This document shows, piece after piece, positions 25,501 to 37,500 of a stretch of 64,000 nucleotides of DNA. Positions within the stretch are counted from its first letter, which is position 1, and each line of letters begins with the position of its first letter. The translations under genes and the position numbers were made by a program. Source of the stretch: the human T2T-CHM13v2.0 reference genome, Homo sapiens; the NCBI RefSeq assembly GCF_009914755.1, contig NC_060946.1; one strand, written 5' to 3'. The notes beneath the pieces are model-generated. The model saw nothing but the letters and a program-made list of their open reading frames with translations, did no database searches and was not told the origin of the DNA.

Positions 25501-28500
25501 CTACTTTTTATACGTAATCCCGTTTCCAACGAAATCCTCCAAGCTATCCAAATATCCACTTGCAGATTCCACAGAAAGACTGTTTCAAAACTGCTCTGTC
25601 TATAGAAAGGTTCAACTCTGTTAGCTGCGTGCATATATCCCAAAGACGATTCTGAGATTGCTTCTGTCTAGTTTTTATGGGAAGATATTTCCCTTTTCAC
25701 CGTAGGCGTCAAGGCGCTCCAAATGTCCACTTCCAGATGCTACAAAAAGAGTGTTTCAAACCTACTCTGTGAAAGGGAATATTCAACTCTGTGACTTGAA
25801 TGCAGATATCACAAAGAAGTTTCTGAGAATGCTTCTGTCGAGATTTTATATGAAGATATTCCCGTTTCCAACGAAATCCTGAAATCTATCCAAATATCCC
25901 CTTGCAGATTCTACAAAAAGAGTGTTTCAAAACTGCTCTGTAAAAAGAAAGGTTCAACTCTGTTAGTTGAGTACACACATCACAACAAGTTTCACAGAAT
26001 GCTTCTTTCTAGCTTGTAGGGGAAGATATTTCCTTTATCACCATGAGCCTCAAACCATCCGAAACGTCCACTTCCATATACTAAAAAAAGAGTGTTTGAA
26101 ACCTGCTCTATGAAAGGCAATGTTCAACTCTGTGACTTGAATGCAGACATCACAGAGCAGTTTCTGAGAATGCTTCTGTCCAGACTTTATAGGAAGATAT
26201 TCCCGTTTCCAACGAAATCTTCACAGCTATCCAAATATCCACTTGCAGATACTACAAAAAGAATGTATCAAAAATGCTGTGTCAAAAGGAAAGTTCTTCT
26301 CTGCTAGTTGAGTACATACGTCATAAAGAAGTTTCTGAGAATGTTTCTGTCTAGTGGTTATGGGAAGATATTTGCTTTTTCACCGTAGGCCTCAGAGCGC
26401 TCCAAATGTCCACTTGCACATGCTACAAAAAGAGTGCTTCAAAGCTGCTCTCTGAAAGGGAATGTTCAACTCTATGAGTTGAATGTAAACATCACAAAGA
26501 CGTTTCTGAGAATGCGTCTGTCTAGATTTTATATGAAGATATTCCCGTTTCCAACGAAATCTTCAAATCTATCCAAATGTCCACTTGCAGATTCAACAAA
26601 AAGTGTTTTTCACAACTGCTGTATCAAAAGAAAGATCCACGTCTGTTAGCTGAGTTCACACATCACAAAGAAGTTTATGAGAATGCTTCTGTCTAGTTTT
26701 TATTTGAAGATATTTCCTTTCTCACCATAGACCTGAAAGCTGTCGTAATGTTTACTTCCAGATACTACAGAAAGAGTGTTTCAAAACTGCTGTACGAAAC
26801 GGAATGTTCAACTCTGTGACTTGAATGCACACATCACAAAGAAGTTTCTGAGGATGCTGCTGTCTACATTTTATACGTAATCCCGTTTCCAACGAAATCC
26901 TCCAAGCTATCCAAATATCCACTTGCAGATTCCACAGAAAGACTGTTTCAAAACTGCTCTGTCAATAGAAAGGTTCAACTCTGTTAGCTGCGTGCATATA
27001 TCCCAAAGAAGATTCTGAGATTGCTTCTGTCTAGTTTTTTTGGGAAGATATTTCCCTTTTCACCGTAGGCGTCAAGGCGCTCCAAATGTCCACTTCCAGA
27101 TACTACAAAAAGAGTGTTTCAAACCTACTCTGTGAAAGGGAATATTCAACTCTGTGACTTGAATGCACATATCACAAAGAAGTTTCTGAGAATGCTTCTG
27201 TCGAGATTTTATATGAAGATATTCCCGTTTCCAACGAAATCCTGAAATCTATCCAAATATCCCCTCGCAGATTCTACAAAAAGAGTGTTTCAAAACTGCT
27301 CTGTAAAAAGAAAGGTTCAACTCTGTTAGTTGAGTACACACATCACAAACAAGTTTCACAGAATGCTTCTTTCTAGCTTGTAGGGGAAGATATTCCCTTT
27401 ATCACCATGGTCCTCAAACCGTCCGAAACGTCCACTTCCATATACTACAAAAAGAGAGTTTCAAACCTGCTCTATGAAAGGCAATGTTCAACTCTGTGAC
27501 TTGAATGCAGACATCACAGAGCAGTTTCTGAGAATGCTTCTGTCCAGACTTTATAGGAAGATATTCCCGTTTCCAACGAAATCTTCACAGCTATCCAAAT
27601 ATCCACTTGCAGATACTACAAAAAGAATATATCAAAAATGCTCTGTCAAAAGGAAAGTTCTTCTCTGCTAGTTGAGTGCATACGTCATAAAGAAGTTTCT
27701 GAGAATGTTTCTGTCTAGTGGTTATGGGAAGATATTAGCTTTTTCCCCGTAGACCTCAGAGCGCTCCAAATGTCCACTTGCACATGCTACAAAAAGAGTG
27801 CTTCAAAGCTGCTCTCTGAAAGGGAATGTTCAACTCTATGAGTTGAATGTAAACATCACAAAGACGTTTCTGAGAATGCTTCTGTCTAGATTTGATATGA
27901 AGATATTCCCGTTTCCAACGAAATCTTCAAATCTATCCAAATGTCCACTTGCAGATTCAACAAAAAGTGTTTTTCAAAACTGCTGTATCAAAAGAAAGAT
28001 CCACGTCTGTTACCTGAGTTCACACATCACAAACAAGTTTATGAGAATGCTTCTGTCTAGTTTTTATTTGAAGATATTTCCTTTCTCACCATAGACCTGA
28101 AAGCTGTCCTAATGTTCACTTCCAGGTACTACAGAAAGAGTGTTTCAAAACTGCTGTACGAAAGGGAATGTTCAACTCTGTGACTTGAATGCACACATCA
28201 CAAAGAAGTTTCTGAGGATGCTGCTGTCTACTTTTTATACGTAATCCCGTTTCCAAAAAAATCCTCCAAGCTATCCAAATATCCACTTGTAGATTCCACA
28301 GAAAGACTGTTTCAAAACTGCTCTGTCAATAGAAAGGTTCAACTCTGTTAGCTGCGTGCATATATCCCAAAGAAGATTCTGAGATTGCTTCTGTCTAGTT
28401 TTTATGGGAAGATATTTCCCTTTTCACCGTAGGTGTCAAGGCGCTCCAAATGTCCACTTCCAGATACTACAAAAAGAGTGTTTCAAACCTACTCTGTGAA

Positions 28501-31500
28501 AGGGAATATTCAACTCTGTGACTTGAATGCACATATCACAAAGAAGTTTCTGAGAATGCTTCTGTCGAGATTTTATATGAAGATATTCCCGTTTCCAACG
28601 AAATCCTGAAATCTATCCAAATATCCCCTCGCAGATTCTACAAAAAGAGTGTTTCAAAACTGTTCTGTAAAAAGAAAGGTTCAACTCTGTTAGTTGAGTA
28701 CACACATCACAAACAAGTATCACAGAATGCTTCTTTCTAGCTTGTAGGGGAAGATATTCCCTTTATCACCATGGGCCTCAAACCGTCCGAAACGTCCACT
28801 TCCATATACTTCAAAAAGAGCGTTTCAAACCTGCTCTATGAAAGGCAATGTTCAACTCTGTGACTTGAATGCAGACATCACAGAGCTGTTTCTGAGAATG
28901 CTTCTGTCTAGATTTTATAGGAAGATATTCCCGTTTCCAACGAAATCTTCACAGCTATCCAAATATCCACTTGCAGATTCTACAAAAAGAGTGTATCAAA
29001 ACTGCTCTGTCAAAAGGAAGGTTCTTCTCTGTTAGGTGAGTGCATACGTCATAAAGGAGTTTCTGAGAATGTTTCTGTCTAGTGGTTATGGGAAGATATT
29101 TGCTTTTTCACCGTAGGCCTCAGAGCGCTCCAAATATCCACTTGCACATACTACAAAAAGAGTGCCTCAAAGCTGCTCTCTGAAACGGAATGTTCAACTC
29201 TATGAGTTGAATGGAAACATCACAAAGACGTTTCTGAGAATGCTTCTGTCTAGATTTGATATGAAGATATTCCCGTTTCCAACGAAATCTTCAAATCTAT
29301 CCAAATGTCCACTTCTATAATCAACAAAAAGTGTTTTTCAGAACTGCTCTATCAAAAGAAAGATCCACCTCTGTTAGCTGAGTTCACACATCACAAACAA
29401 GTTTATGAGAATGCTTCTGTCTAGTTTTTATTTGAAGATATTTCCTTTCTCACCATAGACCTGAAAGCTGTCCTAATGTTCACTTCCAGATACTACAGAA
29501 AGAGTGTTTAAAAACTGCTGTACGAAAGGGAATGTTCAACTCTGTGACTTGAATGCACACATCACAAAGAAGTTTCTGAGGATGCTGCTGTCTACTTTTT
29601 ATACGTAATCCCGTTTCCAACGAAATCCTCCAAGCTATCCAAATATCCACTTGCAGATTCCACAGAAAGAATGTTTCAAAACTGCTCTGTCAATAGAAAG
29701 GTTCAACTCAGTTAGCTGCGTGCATATATCCCAAAGAAGATTCTGAGATTGCTTCTGTCTAGTTTTTATGGGAAGATATTTCCCTTTTCACCGTAGGCGT
29801 CAAGGCGCTCCAAATGTCCACTTCCAGATACTACAAAAAGAGTGTTTCAAACCTAATCTGTGAAAGGGAATATTCAACTCTGTAACTTGAATGCACATAT
29901 CACAAAGAAGTTTCTGAGAATGCTTCTGTCGAGATTTTATGTGAAGATATTCCCGTTTCCAACGAAATCCTGAAATCTATCCAAATATCCCCTCGCAGAT
30001 TCTACAAAAAGAGTGTTTCAAAACTGCTCTGTAAAAAGAAAGGTTCAACTCTGTTAGTTGAGTACACACATCACAAACAAGTTTCACAGAATGCTTCTTT
30101 CTAGCTTGTAGGGGAAGATATTCCCTTCATCACCATGGGCCTCAAACCGTCCGAAACGTCCACTTCCATATACTACAAAAAGAGCGTTTCAAACCTGCTC
30201 TATGAAAGGCAATGTTCAACTCTGTGACTTGAATGCAGACATCACAGAGCAGTTTCTGAGAATGCTTCTGTCTAGATTTTATAGGAAGATATTCCCGTTT
30301 CCAACGAAATCTTCACAGCTATCCAAATATCCACTTGCAGATTCTACAAAAAGAGTGTATCAAAACTGCTCTGTCAAAAGGAAGGTTCTTCTCTGTTAGG
30401 TGAGTGCATACGTCATAAAGGAGTTTCTGAGAATGTTTCTGTCTAGTGGTTATGGGAAGATATTTGCTTTTTCACCGTAGGCCTCAGAGCGCTCCAAATG
30501 TCCACTTGCATATACTACAAAAAGAGTGCTTCAAACCTGCTCTCTGAAACGGAATGTTCAACTCTATGAGTTGAATGCAAACATCACAAAGACGTTTCTG
30601 AGAATGCTTCTGTCTAGATTTGATATGAAGATATTCCCGTTTCCAACGAAATCTTCAAATCTATCCAAATGTCCACTTGCAGATTCAACAAAATGTGTTT
30701 TTCAGAACTGCTCTATCAAAAGAAAGATCCACCTCTGTTAGCTGAGTTCACACATCACAAACAAGTTTATGAGAATGCTTCTGTCTAGTTTTTATTTGAA
30801 GATATTTCCTTTCTCACCATAGACCTGAAAGCTGTCCTAATGTTCACTTCCAGATACTACAGAAAGAGTGTTTCAAAACTGCTGTACGAAAGGGAATGTT
30901 CAACTCTGTAACTTGAATGCACACATCACAAAGAAGTTTCTGAGGATGCTGCTGTCTACTTTTTATACGTAATCCCGTTTCCAACGAAATCCTCCAAGCT
31001 ATCCAAATATCCACTTGCAGATTCCACAGAAAGACTGTTTCAAAACTGCTCTGTCTATAGAAAGGTTCAACTCTGTTAGCTGCGTGCATATATCCCAAAG
31101 ACGATTCTGAGATTGCTTCTGTCTAGTTTTTATGGGAAGATATTTCCCTTTTCACCGTAGGCGTCAAGGCGCTCCAAATGTCCACTTCCAGATGCTACAA
31201 AAAGAGTGTTTCAAACCTACTCTGTGAAAGGGAATATTCAACTCTGTGACTTGAATGCAGATATCACAAAGAAGTTTCTGAGAATGCTTCTGTCGAGATT
31301 TTATATGAAGATATTCCCGTTTCCAACGAAATCCTGAAATCTATCCAAATATCCCCTTGCAGATTCTACAAAAAGAGTGTTTCAAAACTGCTCTGTAAAA
31401 AGAAAGGTTCAACTCTGTTAGTTGAGTACACACATCACAGCAAGTTTCACAGAATGCTTCTTTCTAGCTTGTAGGGGAAGATATTTCCTTTATCACCATG

Positions 31501-34500
31501 GGCCTCAAACCATCCGAAACGTCCACTTCCATATACTAAAAAAAGAGTGTTTGAAACCTGCTCTATGAAAGGCAATGTTCAACTCTGTGACTTGAATGCA
31601 GACATCACAGAGCAGTTTCTGAGAATGCTTCTGTGCAGACTTTATAGGAAGATATTCCCGTTTCCAACGAAATCTTCACAGCTATCCAAATATCCACTTG
31701 CAGTTACTACAAAAAGAATGTATCAAAAATGCTCTGTCAAAAGGAAAGTTCTTCTCTGCTAGTTGAGTACATACGTCATAAAGAAGTTTCTGAGAATGTT
31801 TCTGTCTAGTGGTTATGGGAAGATATTTGCTTTTTCACCGTAGGCCTCAGAGCGCTCCAAATGTCCACTTGCACATGCTACAAAAAGAGTGCTTCAAAGC
31901 TGCTCTCTGAAAGGGAATGTTCAACTCTATGAGGTGAATGTAAACATCACAAAGACGTTTCTGAGAATGCGTCTGTGTAGATTTGATATGAAGATATTCC
32001 CGTTTCCAACGAAATCTTCAAATCTATCCAAATGTCCACTTGCAGATTCAACAAAAAGTGTTTTTCAAAACTGCTGTATCAAAAGAAAGATCCACGTCTG
32101 TTAGCTGAGTTCACACATCACAAAGAAGTTTATGAGAATGCTTCTGTCTAGTTTTTATTTGAAGATATTTCCTTTCTCACCATAGACCTGAAAGCTGTCG
32201 TAATGTTTACTTCCAGATACTACAGAAAGAGTGTTTCAAAACTGCTGTACGAAACGGAATGTTCAACTCTGTGACTTGAATGCACACATCACAAAGAAGT
32301 TTCTGAGGATGCTGCTGTCTACTTTTTATACGTAATCCCGTTTCCAACGAAATCCTCCAAGCTATCCAAATATCCACTTGTAGATTCCACAGAAAGACTG
32401 TTTCAAAACTGCTCTGTCAATAGAAAGGTTCAACTGTGTTAGCTGCGTGCATATATCCCAAAGAAGATTCTGAGATTGCTTCTGTCTAGTTTTTATGGGA
32501 AGATATTTCCCTTTTCACCGTAGGTGTCAAGGCGCTCCAAATGTCCACTTCCAGATACTACAAAAAGAGTGTTTCAAACCTACTCTGTGAAAGGGAATAT
32601 TCAACTCTGTGACTTGAATGCACATATCACAAAGAAGTTTCTGAGAATGCTTCTGTCGAGATTTTATATGAAGATATTCCCGTTTCCAACGAAATCCTGA
32701 AATCTATCCAAATATCCCCTCGCAGATTCTACAAAAAGAGTGTTTCAAAACTGTTCTGTAAAAAGAAAGGTTCAACTCTGTTAGTTGAGTACACACATCA
32801 CAAACAAGTATCACAGAATGCTTCTTTCTAGCTTGTAGGGGAAGATATTCCCTTTATCACCATGGGCCTCAAACCGTCCGAAACGTCCACTTCCATATAC
32901 TTCAAAAAAAGCGTTTCAAACCTGCTCTATGAAAGGCAATGTTCAACTCTGTGACTTGAATGCAGACATCACAGAGCTGTTTCTGAGAATGCTTCTGTCT
33001 AGATTTTATAGGAAGATATTCCCGTTTCCAACGAAATCTTCACAGCTATCCAAATATCCACTTGCAGATTCTACAAAAAGAGTGTATCCAAACTGCTCTG
33101 TCAAAAGGAAGGTTCTTCTCTGTTAGGTGAGTGCATACGTCATAAAGGAGTTTCTGAGAATGTTTCTGTCTAGTGGTTATGGGAAGATATTTGCTTTTTC
33201 ACCGTAGGCCTCAGAGCGCTCCAAATATCCACTTGCACATACTACAAAAAGAGTGCCTCAAAGCTGCTCTCTGAAACGGAATGTTCAACTCTATGAGTTG
33301 AATTCAAACATCACAAAGACGTTTCTGAGAATGCTTCTGTCTAGATTTGATATGAAGATATTCCCGTTTCCAACGAAATCTTCAAATCTATCCAAATGTC
33401 CACTTGCAGATTCAACAAAAAGTGTTTTTCAGAACTGCTCTATCAAAAGAAAGATCCACCTCTGTTAGCTGAGTTCACACATCCAAACAAGTTTATGAGA
33501 ATGCTTCTGTCTAGTTTTTATTTGAAGATATTTCCTTTCTCACCATAGACCTGAAAGCTGTCCTAATGTTCACTTCCAGATACTACAGAAAGAGTGTTTC
33601 AAAACTGCTGTACGAAAGGGAATGTTCAACTCTGTGACTTGAATGCACACATCACAAAGAAGTTTCTGAGGATGCTGCTGTCTACTTTTTATACGTAATC
33701 CCGTTTCCAACGAAATCCTCCAAGCTATCCAAATATCCACTTGCAGATTCCACAGAAAGAATGTTTCAAAACTGCTCTGTCAATAGAAAGGTTCAACTCA
33801 GTTAGCTGCGTGCATATATCCCAAAGAAGATTCTGAGATTGCTTCTGTCTAGTTTTTATGGGAAGATATTTCCCTTTTCACCGTAGGCGTCAAGGCGCTC
33901 CAAATGTCCACTTCCAGATACTACAAAAAGAGTGTTTCAAACCTAATCTGTGAAAGGGAATATTCAACTCTGTAACTTGAATGCACATATCACAAAGAAG
34001 TTTCTGAGAATGCTACTGTCGAGATTTTATGTGAAGATATTCCCGTTTCCAACGAAATCCTGAAATCTATCCAAATATCCCCTCGCAGATTCTACAAAAA
34101 GAGTGTTTCAAAACTGCTCTGTAAAAAGAAAGGTTCAACTCTGTTAGTTGAGTACACACATCACAAACAAGTTTCACAGAATGCTTCTTTCTAGCTTATA
34201 GGGGAAGATATTCCCTTCATCACCATGGGCCTCAAACCGTCCGAAACGTCCACTTCCATATACTACAAAAAGAGCGTTTCAAACCTGCTCTATGAAAGGC
34301 AATGTTCAACTCTGTGACTTGAATGCAGACATCACAGAGCAGTTTCTGAGAATGCTTCTGTCTAGATTTTATAGGAAGATATTCCCGTTTCCAACGAAAT
34401 CTTCACAGCTATCCAAATATCCACTTGCAGATTCTACAAAAAGAGTGTATCAAAACTGCTCTGTCAAAAGGAAGGTTCTTCTCTGTTAGGTGAGTGCATA

Positions 34501-37500
34501 CGTCATAAAGGAGTTTCTGAGAATGTTTCTGTCTAGTGGTTATGGGAAGATATTTGCTTTTTCACCGTAGGCCTCAGAGCGCTCCAAATGTCCACTTGCA
34601 CATACTACAAAAAGAGGGCTTCAAACCTGCTCTCTGAAACGGAATGTTCAACTCTATGAGTTGAATGCAAACATCACAAAGACGTTTCTGAGAATGCTTC
34701 TGTCTAGATTTGATATGAAGATATTCCCGTTTCCAACGAAATCTTCAAATCTATCCAAATGTCCACTTGCAGATTCAACAAAAAGTGTTTTTCAGAACTG
34801 CTCTATCAAAAGAAAGATCCACCTCTGTTAGCTGAGTTCACACATCACAAACAAGTTTATGAGAATGCTTCTGTCTAGTTTTTATTTGAAGATATTTCCT
34901 TTCTCACCATAGACCTGAAAGCTGTCCTAATGTTCACTCCCAGATAATACAGAAAGAGTGTTTCAAAACTGCTGTACGAAAGGGAATGTTCAACTCTGTG
35001 ACTTGAATGCACACATCACAAAGAAGTTTCTGAGGATGCTGCTGTCTACTTTTTATACGTAATCCCGTTTCCAACGAAATCCTCCAATCTATCCAAATAT
35101 CCACTTGCAGATTCCACAGAAAGACTGTTTCAAAACTGCTCTGTCAATAGAAAGGTTAAACTCTGTTAGCTGCGTGCATATATCCCAAAGAAGATTCTGA
35201 GATTGCTTCTGTCTAGTTTTTATGGGAAGATATTTCCCTTTTCACCGTAGGCGTCAAGGCGCTCCAAATGTCCACTTCCAGATACTACAAAAAGAGTGTT
35301 TCAAACCTACTCTGTGGAAGGGAATATTCAACTCTGTGACTTGAATGCAGATATCACAAAGAAGTTTCTGAGAATGCTTCCGTCGAGATTTTATATGAAG
35401 ATATTCCCGTTTCCAACGAAATCCTGAAATCTATCCAAATATCCCCTCGCAGATTCCACAAAAAGAGTGTTTCAACACTGCTCTGTAAAAAGAAAGGTTC
35501 AACTCTGTTAGTTGAGTACACACATCACAAACAAGTTTCACAGAATGCTTCTTTCTAGCTTGTAGGGGAAGATATTTCCTTTATCACCATGGTCCTCAAA
35601 CCGTCCGAAACGTCCACTTCCACATACTAAAAAAAGAGTGTTTCAAACCTGCTCTATGAAAGGCAATGTTCAACTCTGTGACTTGAATGCAGACATCACA
35701 GAGCAGTTTCTGAGAATGCTTCTGTCCAGACTTTATAGGAAGATATTCCCGTTTCCAACGAAATCTTCACAGCTATCCAAATATCCACTTGCAGATAGTA
35801 CAAAAAGAGTGTATCAAAAATGCTCTGTCAAAAGGAAAGTTCTTCTCTGCTAGTTGAGTACATACGTCATAAAGAAGTTTCGGAGAATGTTCCTGTCTAG
35901 GGGATATGGGAAGATATTTGCTTTTTCCCCGTAGGCCTCAAAGCGCTCCAAATGTCCACTTGCACATACTACAAAAAGAGTGCTTCAAAGCTGCTCTCTG
36001 AAAGGGAATGTTCAACACTATGAGTTGAATGCTAACATCACAAAGACGTTTCTGAGAATGCTTCTGTCTAGATTTGATATGAAGATATTCCCGTTTCCAA
36101 CGAAATCTTCAAATCTATCCAAATGTCCACTTGCAGATTCAACAAAAAGTGTTTTTCAGAACTGCTCTATCAAAAGAAAGATCCACCTCTGTTAGCTGAG
36201 TTCACACATCACAAACAAGTTTATGAGAATGCTTCTGTCTAGTTTTTATTTGAAGATATTTCCTTTCTCACCATAGACCTGAAAGCTGTCCTAATGTTCA
36301 CTTCCAGATACTACAGAAAGAGCGTTTCAAAACTGCTGTACGAAAGGGAATGTTCAACTCTGTGACTTGAATGCACACATCACAAAGAAGTTTCTGAGGA
36401 TGCTGCTGTCTACTTTTTATACGTAATCCCGTTTCCAACGAAATCCTCCAAGCTATCCAAATATCCACTTGCAGATTCCACAGAAAGACTGTTTCAAAAC
36501 TGCTCTGTCAATAGAAAGGTTCAACTCTGTTAGCTGCGTGCATATATCCCAAAGAAGATTCTGAGATTGCTTCTGTCTAGTTTTTATGGGAATATATTTC
36601 CCTTTTCACCGTAGGCGTCAAGGCGCTCCAAATGTCCACTTCCAGATACTACAAAAAGAGTGTTTCAAACCTACTCTGTGGAAGGGAATATTCAACTCTG
36701 TGACTTGAATGCAGATATCACAAAGAAGTTTCTGAGAATGCTTCCGTCGAGATTTTATATGATGATATTTCCGTTTCCAACGAAATCCTGAAATCTATCC
36801 AAATATCCCCTCGCAGATTCTACAAAAAGAGTGTTTCAACACTGCTCTGTAAAAAGAAAGGTTCAACTCTGTTAGTTGAGTACACACATCACAAACAAGT
36901 TTCACAGAATGCTTCTTTCTAGCTTGTAGGGGAAGATATTCCCTTTATCACCATGGGCCTCAAACCGTCCGAAACGTCCACTTCCATATACTAAAAAAAG
37001 AGTGTTTCAAACCTGCTCTATGAAAGGCAATGTTCAACTCTGTGACTTGAATGAAGACATCACAGAGCAGTTTCTGAGAATGCTTCTGTCCAGACTTTAT
37101 AGGAAGATACTCCCGTTTCCAAAGAAATCTTCACAGCTATCCAAATATCCACTTGCAGATAGTACAAAAAGAGTGTATCAAAAATGCTCTATCAAAAGGA
37201 AAGTTCTTCTCTGCTAGTTGAGTACATACGTCATAAAGAAGTTTCTGAGAATGTTCCTGTCTAGTGGTTATGGGAAGATATTTGCTTTTTCCCCGTAGGC
37301 CTCAAAGCGCTCCAAATGTCCACTTGCACATACTACAAAAAGAGTGCTTCAAAGCTGCTCTCTGAAAGGGAATGTTCAACTCTATGAGTTGAATGCTATC
37401 ATCACAAAGACGTTTCTGAGAATGCTTCTGTCAAGATTTAATATGAAGATATTCCCGTTTCCAACGAAATCTTCAAATCTATCCAAATGTCCACTTGCAG

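Noticed and set aside
27798-28094. Longest ORF (98 aa)
   Set aside because: A single tag>tac change at about 28013 reads through into the next monomer. There is no other coding evidence.
21299-31098. Three 84-aa minus-strand ORFs (21299, 25389, 30844)
   Set aside because: They exist only in HOR copies carrying the ctgtctatag variant. They mark the 3-HOR super-repeat rather than a gene.
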